Of a stretch of 64,000 nt of DNA, positions 37,601 through 48,766 are shown in pieces (position 1 is the first letter of the stretch; each line of letters opens with the position of its first letter). The notes under the pieces were generated by a model. It was not told the DNA's origin. It ran no database searches and saw only the letters and a list, made by a program, of their open reading frames with translations. The position numbers were made by a program, and so were the translations under genes. Origin of the DNA: Podarcis erhardii (taxonomy: Eukaryota); assembly GCA_964252035.1 (NCBI GenBank), contig CAXUOO010000253.1; one strand, 5' to 3'.

Positions 37601-40600
37601 GGTGGTCAGCATATTTGGTGCAACAGATATTTTCGTTTTTGCATGTTGGGGGTGGTGTTTGGGGTGTATGTACACAGTGTTGGTATTCGTAAGCAGGTGG
37701 TCAGCATATTTGGTGCAACAGATATTTTCGTTTGCGCATGTTGGGTGTGTTTGGGGTGTATGTACACAGTGTTGGTATTCGTAAGCAGGTGGTCAGCATA
37801 TTTGGTGCAACAGATATTTTCGTTTTTGCATGTTGGGTGTGTTTGGGGTGTATGTACACAATTTTGGTATTCGTAATCAGGTGGTCAACAGTTATTTTCG
37901 TTTTTGCATGTTGGGGGTGGTGTTTGGGGTGTATGTACACAGTGTTGGTATTCGTAAGCAGGTGGTCAGCATATTTGGTGCAACAGATATTTTCGTTTTT
38001 GCATGTTGGGGGTGGTGTTTGGGTGTATGTACACAGTGTTGGTATTCGTAAGCAGGTGGTCAGCATATTTGGTGCAACAGATATTTTCGTTTGCGCATGT
38101 TGGGTGTGTTTGGGGTGTATGTACACAGTGCTTGGGGAAGTGCGAGTGGAGATGGAGAGAATAGGGGCTGAGCGCGAAGAAGAAGAGATGTTGCTGCTGC
38201 GTTACGAGGGGGCATGCACAGCAGCAGCGGAAGCGCTTCAATTTGCAGAGCAGCAGCAGCAACAGCAACAGCATCGACGTCAACTGGCACTGGAGCAACA
38301 CGAAGCCTACCGTGTGAGACGTCTCCTCCAAGAGAAGCAGCAGCAGCAGCAGAGAAGAGGGAGTTTGCAGCAGCTTTTTCCTCGGAGAAGAGAGGCGGGA
38401 GCAGTAAAAGTGGGGGGAATGAGGAGGGACCCAGTAGCAGTAGTACTCCTACCACCACCACTCCTCCTATGAGAACGCTGACGACGCGTAGCAGTGGGTT
38501 GTACGGAGGAGGAGGCAGTTTGGGTGCAAGGAGGAGACTGCAACTTGGAGTGGATTTGGAAGCTTTGCATGCAGAATTTGCGGGCATGGTGCGGAGAGGA
38601 GCTCTCGACGCACAGCCCCTGGGCCCTTTAGGCGAGCACCTCTTTGTTTTGTCTAGTGAGTGCGCGCATGCGTGTGCGCCAGTGGCTGCAGTGGCGGCCA
38701 TTCTTGAGAAACACGTGCGGCCGCTGCTGCTAGCGTGGGTGGTGTCTTCGAAGCGCGACCAAGCAGTGCTGCTTCGACGCTTCACCTGCAGAGAACTCAG
38801 CGCCAGAGCGAGTGGAAACTCTCTGCTCCACACAAATTCCACCTTGTTTCCTCCACGAGTGCCCAAAATCGTGTTCGTAAACCCGCGAGCCCAGCCCTAC
38901 GCCGACGCGACTTTGCGTGCACCGGCGGGCAGCGTGTTCACGCTCTACAAGGCGCTCTGCAAGCAGCCAGCCACTCAAAACTCGCTCCCCACACTCACCC
39001 AGGAGCTTTCCACACTCAGCCAAAAGCAACAGCAGCAACAGCAGAGGAGGAGCGGCGACTGCACAGACTCTGTTTCTGGGGCTGCTGCACGTGGTCTCCG
39101 TCTCTCTGGGTGCCCTCAAACGCAGCAGCGGCAGTGGCCACTCTTCTGCGCAGTTCTCAGAAGAGTGGAGAGAGGAGTTGCAGACTCTGCCGCACCAGAT
39201 TTTGAGGCTGTTGGTGGACAGCGCGCGCATTGAGGCCACTGCACTCGTGCCCACGCATGCAGACTTGATTTCTTTGCTGCTGGAGCGCGTGTCTTCGAAC
39301 ACTTTCGACAGCAAATTGGGTCCCCACCTCCACAGCAGAAACCACTCCGCAGCTCAACAACAGCAGCAGTTTTTCTTCAAGAGTGGCTACGAGTGGAGCA
39401 CTGGGCGGCTAATCAAGCGCTCACTCGCAGGGGCTGAAGCCATGCCAGGCCAGGCCTTCAACACCACCACTACTACTGCTAGCACTAGTCTGCCTCGCTT
39501 TGTGCGCTGGACTTCTTCTTCTTCTGCAGCTCACACCACGCAGCATGCACTCAGTCCAAAGAACAAGGAAGCGGAAAAGGAAGCGGAAAAGGAAGCGGAA
39601 AAGGAAGCGGAAAAGGAGGAGGAGGAGGAGCAAGTGAGAGACGAAGAGGCTGCTGCGTGGGCTAGAGAGGAAGAGTTGCTTAGGCGCGAAAGTGCTGCTG
39701 CTGCTCGACGCGAAGCGGAAGCCGTGGCTGTGTGTAGGCAGCGTCTGCAGCAGGCGCAGACTCGTTTGCGCGCACTGAAAGAGCAGCAGAAACACCAGCA
39801 AGTCGACGTTGGGGGTAATGGTAATGGTAATGGTAATGGTGATGGTGGTGGTGGCTGCAAAAGGAACTCTGAGCAGCAACTCGACGCTCTTCGAGTCAGG
39901 CGAAAGGTGACCTGCTTGGAGGTGCCCCTTCAACTCCACGCGAAACTGCATATGTGTGTGTGTGTGTGCGCGCGCTTGGGAGAAGAAGGGGGTCGTGGCA
40001 GTACTGAATTTCTCGTTTTTTGGTGTTTTTTTCTTCTTCTTGCCCACGGCGACACACACACGAGAAGGCTGCTGCTGCTGAAGAAAAGATTCAAACTGAC
40101 TCACTGCGTGTGTGTCTTTGTGTGGTGGTGGCTGATTCAAAGAAATTGCGTGTTGTGCACTGAGCGCAGGAGAGCCTGTCTCGTCTACTGCACGAAACTG
40201 CTCTGTACATTCGACGGAATGCGGTGTGCATGCACTTGTTCACGCTTTCCTTCTGTTCTCGTCTGCGTCCTTCGCATCTGACCACTGTGCACGAACTCGC
40301 CATGCAAATCTATATATGTGTATGTATTTGTGTGATTTCTTTCGTGTTTGTGTCTTTGTAGAAAGCGAGTGAGCTTCTAAAAGTTCGACTGTGAGTGTTG
40401 GCCGAAAAACCCGTCAGTATCCTGTAGTTACTTTGCTTCACTGTATTTTGCAATTCCACGAAAGAAGTAAAGCTGACTGGGCAAATCCTCTTCCTGTTTA
40501 GGTAGCTAGTGGAGACTCACCAGTTTCTGTGTCTTTGACTGTCGTGACAGCCGACCTCGGGGGGTTCTCACACGGTGTATGTACACTGCAGAGCAGCCGA

Positions 40601-43600
40601 CGAGTCACGTCACTTCCTGTCACCAATGTCAAGTTTCTCGCTCTTTTCACTTGCCTTGCAAAACAAACTGCAGCTTTTGCTGGAGAAAGAAGCGCGTTTG
40701 TTAGAAGAAGAAACAGCCGCTCGCGACCGGCTTCAAGACGCTGAACTCGAAGCCAAAGAACTGCATGCGTTGCAGCAACAGGCCAGAAAAGAAGCAGCAG
40801 CTGAAGCGCAGCAGTTGCACCAGCTCTGGCTGCGAAAAGTCGCTCAGTTGCGCGAGACTTTGCTGCAGAAGCAGCAGGAACAGCAGCAGCTGCTCACTGA
40901 AGAAGCGGATTTGCAGAAAACGGCCAGTTCCCTACGAAAACTCATTGAAAAACAACAACTGCAAGAGCAGCGCCTTCAGCTGCAGCAGAAACAGCTGGAA
41001 GAGGTGATCACATACATGTATTCGAGTATTATGGATTGTGTGAAGATAGATAGATACTGTCGCTATCAAACGACGCTTAGTTGAAGTGGTGGTTCTTTGC
41101 GGACCTGCTTTGCACTTGTTTTTACTAGTTCAAGTCGCGTATTGTGTGAGAGACGAAATGGGGCATATCTCTGAATGGCTGCACATGTTCATACTCGGCG
41201 TGCAGAAATGTCTCATTTACTTTTCAAATGTATACATGTACCGCTTATGTAGTGCCGAATCTGCTCGAAAAGTTCTTCGTTTCTGTTTCTTTCGCCTAAT
41301 CCAATTTCTGCTTCAGTGCTTTCACGCTTCTAAAAATGTGTCATTGGTACTGAGTAATTGTGGATTCATATAATTGACTTTGGAGTCAGCTCGCACACTT
41401 CTGCATAATCATTATCTTCTACATATTTGTAATTCTCTGTGCATCATTTTGCACGAAATTCCAGTCTTACACACACTTCAATTCTGAATTTAATATATAT
41501 ATATGTATATAATTCCACTTTTAGTTTATGTATACTTTGCTTTGTACGTCAGTGTCAGCTGCTTCTTACCCTTACAGACGATCTACGCTGGTCATATTTA
41601 CGTGATGCAATAGTAAATACATGTGTATCCGTAGTATATATATGTATATATATGTATCAGCAATATCTCCACTTATATATCTCTATTCTCTTTAAGCATA
41701 TATATACTTTACATATATATATGTGTATGGTTGTGAACTTGGCACCTTTCGATCTAGATGTAGCTACGTAGTAGTGCACGCGAATCTTTAGAACTGCTTT
41801 CATAGATATTATTTACGCACATCTCAGCCTTTTTTCTACTGATTCTTCAAGCGTATAAACACATGTGCCTATATGTATATATGACTGTCTGCCTGTTGAA
41901 TAATCACAGGAAAGAAGGAGTAGAGAGGAAGCTCGAGAAAAGCTGAAAAAAGATCAGCAAGTTCTTCGTAGCGTCCTTGAAGAGAAAGAAAGACTTGCAG
42001 CTGCTGCCTCACTCCGAGCAGCAGAAGCTTCTGAAGAGCTGCAAGTCCGTACTTTGCTCTTTTTGCTTTTGTTTTTTCGTCTTGTTGTTTCGGTATTCTG
42101 CTTTTCTTTGAATTTCAAACTTTGCACGCTTGCAGTGGCTGCTGCCGTATTCATCCGCTTCAAAGGGTTTCTGCTTTGCTTTTTCTGCTTCTATTTGATG
42201 CGTGCAGCTGCTACTGCTTCTGCTTTCTTCTTCTTGAAATCTGATCTACTCTTCATCTTCAGTCTATATAGTACAAGTGGTTGTGGATACGTTTTTTAAT
42301 ATATATATATATATATATATAAGTACTGTTGCTATACCTGCGAGCTCCAGAGCTGAATATCTGTGTGAAGAGATCTATTTCTTCGAACTGTGAATTCTGC
42401 AGTTCCTATACAGAACATCAGCTGTATGTACAGTGCCCTATATTCTCTCTCTCGCTCTCTCATTCTCTCTCTCTGCCTTCACCTCTCAACCTATCTCTCT
42501 CTCTCTCCATATACATATATATTTTCTTTCTTTGTGAGTTTTCATGTACCTTTTTTCGTGTATACAGATGATCGGAAGACGTGTAATCATTTTTTCTCTG
42601 GATCCTCGTGTTTTTTCTCTAAATCTGTTCGAGTTGTGCATTTGTGCTGCGTATCAAGTCTACGTTTCATGAAAACCACTCCTCCTATACAGAGCCTGGT
42701 AGATCTTCGATTCTGCCGTCTCTGATTTGTAGCAGACACGTCTGTGCAAGCGACACAGGATTTTTGCGTATTCAGCAGCTATACACGTTTTCCGTTCAAC
42801 CATCTGTATGGTTTGCTGTGTGTGTTGCATGTCGCAAATGAATACATAGATGTATTCGTTGTGTTCTAGTGTGCACAGATGTGTCTGTGAAATTTTGCTG
42901 CCTCACTATACACTTGCAGGACTTCATCGCTAAAGCGTTTCCTAAAGATCTGCCAACTTCTGCTGCTTTAGCTGCTCTTTCAGCTGATCAATCAGCTGAC
43001 GACTGTGCAGCTTCAGCAGCTGCCCTTGTAGAAGAAGCCATTGCTCGCAGACAGAAACTCAAATTCGATCCAAACGTAGGTTGGGCCCTGTTGTTGTTGT
43101 TGCTGGAAGTGAAAAAACTCATATACAATGTTTGGCTAGTTTTGCTAGCGACTGCTGTAGTGCTTCAAAGACGACGCGACAGCAGTCAAAACTGTCTTTT
43201 GTTTGTTGTGTTTTGATGCATGCAAAAATCTGCTGCTCCAGCTCTTCCTTTTCCTCCACTGTTGGTGGAGATGGCGTTAACTTCTGCTCTGTGCGAAACT
43301 GAACTCAACGTGTTTCTCCTTTTCGTTTAGGTTTTCACACTTGTTGCAATGGCCTCAAATTCGCACATGATTTTCCATAGCTTTCTACGTACATATGTAT
43401 AGTTAAGGACATATCTGTGAATACAGCAAAAAAAGCAGTAATTCTGCAGAAAAAAGAGGCTGCTGCGTCTTCCCACATTCCTGCTGCTTCTGTCTTGTTT
43501 TCAGTGGCTTGTTCAAACTGCTGGTTAATAAACTACTCTGCCACTTATAAGTGTATGTTCATGTTTCAGCCTGAGTTCACATATTGTGTACTACTACTAC

Positions 43601-46061
43601 GCCCGCGTAACGCACCTACAAGGCTTCTTACGTATAATACATATATCTACATATATAAATTACGTAAAATACATATATATATATGTGACTATGTGCTGCT
43701 CAGCTGTCTGTACTTTTACTCTCTGACGTGTAAACAGCTGCTGTTTCATATGCTGCTTAATTGCTCAATATCTGCTGGTGCTGGTGCTTCTATGTTTCTT
43801 GCATATTTTTTTCACTCTGCTATCAGTGTGCTGCGCGTAATAGTAGGCCATAGCTGCTGAGTTATTACTGCTGCTATTTCTATTTGTTATTCAGCTGTAT
43901 GTATGTACACCTGCTTTCTCTCTGATGCTGTTTCAAAGACAAGCCTCGAAGTTGCAGCCTTCTTTTTCACACCAAATAAACCCGAACTGCAACTCCTTCA
44001 ATTTCACTCCAAATCCTACTGCTCCTCTCAATCTACTCTTACCCATACAGTTTCTTCTATTTCTTCTTCTTCTCCGACTACTACTACTAATAATAATAGT
44101 ACTACTACTACTGATAATAATAGTACTACTACCAATACTTCTACTACTACTACTACTACTTATAGTACTACTACTAATACTTCTACTACTACTAATAGTA
44201 CTACTATTACTAATACTTCTACTAGTACTACTAGTATTACTACTACTACTACTAGTACTACTACTAATACTTCTACTACCACTAGTATTACTAATACTAC
44301 TAGTATCACTACTAATAATACTACTACTAATACTTCTACTACTACTAGTATTACTACTACTACTTCTACTAGTACTACTTGTATTACTACTACTACTTCT
44401 ACTAGTACTACTTGTATTACTACTACTACTACTAGTACTACAATAGTACTACTATTAATACTTCAACTACTACTAGTATTACTAATAAAACTACTAGTAC
44501 TACTACTATTACTACTACTACTATTAGTACTACTAATATTATTATTGGCAGTAAAGCAATCATTTGCACTTCCTTCGTATTGTAGTTGCTGTTGCGACTG
44601 CTTTTATTGAAAGTTTCTTTCGTTTTTCGATAATTTTTCGCTTTCTCTGCTAATTTTGCTTTGATTGGGTTGGAGTTCTGCTGCTGCTTGATGGGAGTCA
44701 ATCCCGTGCAGCCTTTCAGGCAGAAGCTACGCGAAAAAATAGGGAAGCATGCAGTTTTTTTCTACTGAAATCTAGCTTGCTGCTGGTTTTTCTTCAAAGT
44801 GACTTATTTTATCGAGAAAAGGACTTTTTGTATACTTTGGACAGGCTTTTTGCCCTGTTTTCAACCCCTTTTATAGGTTTTTGTTTTTTCGACTGTGTGT
44901 ATGTGTGTATGTGTTTTGAGTAGGTGGTGGAGCAACGTTTGCAAAGCGTAACAGCTGAGTATGAGCTGAAATTCAGTCAACAGCAGGCGCTACGAAGTGC
45001 TTGGGAAACTTGTAGACAGCGCTACAAGCTCAGGCAGCAAAAGTATCTACGAGGCGTCAAACACACAGCAGCCAATGTTCGTCTTTCATATTCGTGCCTT
45101 TTATCGCGTCTTCTTTGCTATTAATATCTTTCATAAACTTGTACTGGCGCATCTACTGTGGCTGTTCTACTTCATCTGTAGCTCTTTAAAGGCCATTCGA
45201 CTTACAAATACACATACATACACATATGTACATGCGAATCTTCAACTTTGGATCAATTACATATATGATTCTCCAAGTATGTTTATCCAGCTATTCCTCT
45301 TTCTCTACATCTATCTATATCCTCTCTATATATATATCTATTCTCCAACCTTATATTTAGTTATTCTCATATATATGTATATATATTTGTATATATGTCT
45401 CTTTTCATATGTCTTGATATCTGTCTTTGTATCTGTCTATCTACATTTCTCTAGATCTATCTATTTCNNNNNNNNNNNNNNNNNNNNNNNNNNNNNNNNN
45501 NNNNNNNNNNNNNNNNNNNNNNNNNNNNNNNNNNNNNNNNNNNNNNNNNNNNNNNNNNNNNNNNNNNNNNNNNNNNNNNNNNNNNNNNNNNNNNNNNNNN
45601 NNNNNNNNNNNNNNNNNNNNNNNNNNNNNNNNNNNNNNNNNNNNNNNNNNNNNNNNNNNNNNNNNNNNNNNNNNNNNNNNNNNNNNNNNNNNNNNTTATA
45701 TGTCTCTGTTTAGTCTCTGTGTGCCTAAATGGCATGCAACTATACGTAAACTTGTAGACAAATCCATTTCGAAGAGCAGACTAGCAAATGTTAGTTTGTA
45801 CGTCTATATATATGAAGAAATGCTGTTGAGTGCCCTTTCTTTTGCAGGTGTGTAGGACATTTGAACAGCATGCAGAAGAAGTAATAAGACGCTCGGCTTC
45901 GCTCCAGTTTGATCACTCGCTTGGGCGTGTGCGCGTTGTTACTAAAGATGAAACAAATAACGTTTCTACTCAAACTCGAGTAGGCTGATTGATGATACAG
46001 TCCACAGCTGTAATTATAACCTAGATGCAATCGAAGTAGTTTCACTCCACTAGACGTATGC

Positions 46062-46105
<44 letters not shown>

Positions 46106-46535
46106 GCATAAGAGCCTGCACGTAAGTATGTGTATGGACGAATGTGTAAAATTACATACATAAATATAGTAAATATATATATGCGTTTGTGTATATTTTT
46201 ATGTCGTCAGACATTCACAGAGCTCTAGAGATGATAATATCCATTTATGTATATAGACGCTTTAGCATTCAAGAGCTGCATGTGTGACTTTGTATGAAAC
46301 CGTGCAGTACCGCCACTGATGTACAAAAAAAGCTGCGCGTTTTTCCTTTGTACGTGAAAAAGCGCTTGTCGCTGCCACTTCCATAGTCTGTATTGAAGAG
46401 TAAACATATAGATGTTGTTAATAAACTTTCCATTGACGCATCCTTGTTAAAAATAATTAATTTATATCTGTATATATATGTATTTGTTTGTAAATTTAAA
46501 GTAATAAGTGCTTCTGTTGCTCTGGGTGATGCAGT

Positions 46536-46567
<32 letters not shown>

Positions 46568-47245
46568 CAGTCGTTGTTATTTCAAATAGAGGATTTTTCC
46601 TGTTGCGCTAGATGAAATTTGTATGTATGTGTGTATTTACGTATGTATAAGAGGCTGCTGTTGTACCTGTTATGGTGTTCTATAAGCAAAATAAACAAGT
46701 ATAAATGAAGAGTGGCGAGTGTGTAGCTATGCGTCAATACAGGCTTTATCTGGTGGAGAGAAGTCAGGCCTTCAACTTGCTTTTATTTTGGCGCTGGCGC
46801 GTCTCAGTTTATCGCCCTTTCACATCTTCGACGAAATTGATGTTTTTATGGATGAACAAAATCGAGTCAAGAAGTCTGTACCCACACCTCATCACACTTA
46901 TCTTTTATCTGATTCATATCCATAAAAATATGTATATGTATATTCTATATTCCCACAATGTCTACTGTATATGTATATTCTATATTCCCACAATGTCTAC
47001 TGTATGTGCTCTCGATCTTTTCTAACATACACATAATCTCGTTTATTGAGTAATTATATGTGTAGACGACAATGTCAAAGTAAAGCAGGTCTATCATACA
47101 AGTATGGTGATCCAAAGCGCGTATCACTTTTCGTAAGTGTGCTAGCATATATCTATTTTGCAGCTGTGTCAAAATTGCACGATTGAACATAGCAGCTTTT
47201 AATCTCCAGAACTTTGACTTTCTACTTGAGGTAACGCATAACTAG

Positions 47246-47294
<49 letters not shown>

Positions 47295-47873
47295 TATGTA
47301 TATTTGTATATATGAGCAGGTAGAAAGCGAATAAAACTCGTAATCTTTGTAATAAGCTCTGTGTCAGATGCGTGGTAAGTAGGGTGATGCTGCGCTACAC
47401 CTAGTTGTGCTGCAGCCGTATCACTGCCTCATTTTCCATGCTTGAGCTGCTACGAAACAAATCACTTTTGGTAATAGAGAAGTACGTCTCGTTAGTATAT
47501 ATATATATATATATATATGTATATGTATATGGCAACTGTTGCAACAAAAAAAGAGTGAATTTGTGATTCCAGAAAAAGTTTGCTGTCCTTAGGCGAGAAA
47601 TGCCGCTCCCTTTATGCAGTCTCCATTTCTGTAGCAATCTTCCGCTGCTCAAGATACGCTTGTATGTAAATTCACACATATATATGTGTATGAGATTATT
47701 TGTACTTATATGTGTTTTTTGTTTCTTGCTGTCGCTTGTCAGTCTTGATTTGCTGTTGAAGTTTGGAAAGGAAATGCAGCCGCAGAAGCAACTCGTGCTA
47801 CTAACGCCGCATCAAGAAATCACTCAATTCGTACGAGGTAAGTGACTACATATGCATACTACACTCTACGGAG

Positions 47874-47927
<54 letters not shown>

Positions 47928-48766
47928 TTTTGTCTATGTAATAAACACCGATCACAGTGAAGGCGATTGATGGCCGCTATACGTGTCACCGCAGCAGCGT
48001 CTGCGGAAGTTTTATTCATAAGTCGCTGCGAATGCGTTAGCTCTGACACAGTACAAAGAATAAGTCAATAAGTCTCTCTTTTCCACTAATTTATATATAT
48101 ACAAACCTTTCTTTCGAATATGATATATATATATATACATATATGTATAAAAACTGTATGTTGAGTTGCTTTTTCGAGACACCGAGGCTGTGCGAACTGC
48201 TGATCCTCAAGTGCTCTAGCAACTGCTGTGCAACTGGTTTGTTTTGTGTATGTTTTTGCATGCATGATATAAACGATATCTTACACCATGAAGCGTTGGT
48301 GGCCTGGAGGCCGCATACGAGAATGGCACTCCATTTTCACTTGCATATATATATATATATATACATGTATAACGTAAATATATTCAATGCGTGCATACAA
48401 GTCTATGTCGATTTATCTGTATGTATATTAGCAGTTTCGCACGGCCAATGGACCAGCGAAGATGCCAGCATGTACTGCAGTTTTTCTGCAAAATACCAAA
48501 GTTTCCTGCATCTGACTTCCTTCACTCCTTTAGTAGTATTTCTACCTGTTGTTTTCACACAATAGTTGTCTTTTTTTTGCTGGAAACAACGTGAACCACT
48601 AAGTGGTGCCGCTGGAGCTGTTGCTTCTGTTGTTGCCTTTGCTATTATTTCTGTAATATAACGTTCTGTTTGTGCTTGCTTTTGCTTTGCACTTGCAGAA
48701 AATTACGATGAGAAAGACGTGAAACATCAAGCCATACATGCACAAAATGCTGAAATAAACACGTAG
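23463..48766 (+). CDS. SMC6: Structural maintenance of chromosomes protein 6 (SMC5/6 complex ATPase), spliced gene of about 18 exons
   Basis: Motifs in order: GKIMRLELKDFLNH..IVSG|RNGSGKS (Walker A), AYLPQVYGNAVTIVRR, IDLNNPVTSLSQEKSK..DLYNFF (Q-loop region), coiled coils, hinge PLGPLG..LLAWVVSSKRD and RLLVDSARIE, SLQFDH, LSGGEKS (signature) and HIFDEIDVFMD (Walker B/D-loop of the SMC6 type rather than SMC5 DEINQGMD), then LVLLTP. Most junctions are phase-consistent; 33216-38128 is unresolved. Confidence 0.9.
28615..28684. repeat. Compound microsatellite (CT)n followed by (AT)n
   Basis: A CTCTCT run of about 35 bp directly abuts an ATATAT run of about 30 bp in SMC6 intron 1. Confidence 0.95.
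28810..29128 (+). CDS. SMC6: SMC6 exon with Walker A (GRNGSGKS)
   Basis: Acceptor GACTTTAG|GT completes Gly from exon 1; continues ..LIRQYWSDSGPRMAEVRLTLSN..; donor CG|GTGAAA (phase 2). Confidence 0.88.
30791..30926 (+). CDS. SMC6: SMC6 exon (AYLPQVYGNAVTIVRR)
   Basis: The acceptor GAGCAG| at 30790 fits phase 2, and the peptide resembles SMC6 'AFKPExYGDxIxVER'. The 3' boundary assumes a 98-nt intron. Confidence 0.65.
31025..31259 (+). CDS. SMC6: SMC6 exon (IDLNNPVTSLSQE..DLYNFFAEVT)
   Basis: Conserved SMC6 NP..L.Q and Y.FF motifs; ends G|GCAAGC (GC donor, phase 1). Confidence 0.8.
32599..33215 (+). CDS. SMC6: SMC6 coiled-coil exon
   Basis: Acceptor GAATAG|GT in phase 1; translation GLSSAHLELQQL..LRLAEAEK; donor AAA|GTAATG. 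Confidence 0.8.
34404..34570 (+). CDS. SMC6: Probable SMC6 coiled-coil exon (boundaries uncertain)
   Basis: Acceptor TGCATGCAG|; E/R-rich heptad-like peptide EEQRRHEEVQRLKALVELRKEELQR; phases to neighbouring exons not resolved. Confidence 0.5.
35845..38128. repeat. Intronic minisatellite: 26 copies of an 80-95 bp GT-rich unit
   Basis: The core TGTATGTACACA starts at 35861, 35954, 36046, 36141, 36236, 36331, 36426, 36518, 36600, 36692, 36773, 36865, 36957, 37039, 37131, 37212, 37306, 37398, 37490, 37570, 37665, 37757, 37849, 37930, 38024 and 38116. Consensus approximately GGGGTGTATGTACACAGTGTTGGTATTCGTAAGCAGGTGGTCAGCATATTTGGTGCAACAGATATTTTCGTTTTTGCATGTTGGGTGTGTTT. Confidence 0.98.
38129..39906 (+). 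CDS. SMC6: SMC6 coiled coil plus hinge region (three coding segments: about 38129-38362, 38575-39090, 39161-39906)
   Basis: Peptides VLGEVRVEMERIG.., AQPLGPLGEHL..LLAWVVSSKRDQAVL and LPHQILRLLVDSARIEATAL resemble the SMC6 hinge. Two frame changes require short introns or indels. Donor AAG|GTGACC at 39907. Confidence 0.75.
40674..41003 (+). CDS. SMC6: SMC6 coiled-coil exon
   Basis: CTGCAG| acceptor, 110 codons, GAG|GTGATC donor, phase 0-0. Confidence 0.8.
41910..42044 (+). CDS. SMC6: SMC6 coiled-coil exon
   Basis: TCACAG| acceptor, 45 codons ERRSREEAREKLKK..EELQ, CAA|GTCCGT donor. Confidence 0.75.
42920..43075 (+). CDS. SMC6: SMC6 exon
   Basis: CTTGCAG| acceptor, 52 codons DFIAKAFP..KLKFDPN, AAC|GTAGGT donor. 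Confidence 0.75.
44060..44550. repeat. Degenerate (ACT/AGT/AAT)n trinucleotide tract in an SMC6 intron
   Basis: About 490 bp of ACTACT/AGTACT/AATACT; lies between phase-consistent exons 42920-43075 and 44924-45076. Confidence 0.9.
44924..45076 (+). CDS. SMC6: SMC6 coiled-coil exon
   Basis: GAGTAG| acceptor, 51 codons VVEQRLQ..KHTAAN, AAT|GTTCGT donor. Confidence 0.75.
45468..45695. other. Assembly gap (228 N) in an SMC6 intron
   Basis: Run of N following (ATCT)-rich sequence. Confidence 1.
45848..45979 (+). CDS. SMC6: SMC6 exon (F..SLQFDH..VRVV)
   Basis: TTTGCAG| acceptor; translation VCRTFEQHAEEVIRRSASLQFDHSLGRVRVVTKDETNNVSTQTR, similar to SMC6 'G.L.FDH'; donor CGA|GTAGGC. Confidence 0.75.
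46743..46873 (+). CDS. SMC6: SMC6 exon with ABC signature and Walker B/D-loop
   Basis: Translation ALSGGEKSGLQLAFILALARLSLSPFHIFDEIDVFMDEQNRVK; acceptor TACAG|; donor AA|GTCTGT (phase 2). Confidence 0.93.
47743..47837 (+). CDS. SMC6: SMC6 exon (H-loop region, QLVLLTP)
   Basis: CTTGTCAG| acceptor in phase 2; G|GTAAGT donor in phase 1. Confidence 0.88.
48699..48766 (+). CDS. SMC6: SMC6 terminal exon
   Basis: Strong pyrimidine tract plus CTTGCAG|; phase 1; translation ENYDEKDVKHQAIHAQNAEINT-TAG. Confidence 0.7.

Noticed and set aside
35831-38126. Many 70-250 aa ORFs on both strands within the array
   Set aside because: Unit lengths (92, 95, 80-82) are mostly not multiples of 3, so frames rotate and hit TCG-TAA regularly. 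These are repeat artefacts.
35845-38128. CRISPR-like array (constant ~43-nt block alternating with a variable block)
   Set aside because: The 'spacers' are homologous to each other rather than unique, the context is a eukaryotic intron, and no cas-like ORF is present. It is a minisatellite.
43903-44701. 235-aa Thr-rich, 173-aa Leu-rich and antisense Val-rich ORFs (mucin-like)
   Set aside because: They arise from the (ACT)n tract lacking stops, and the flanking SMC6 exons join in phase without them.
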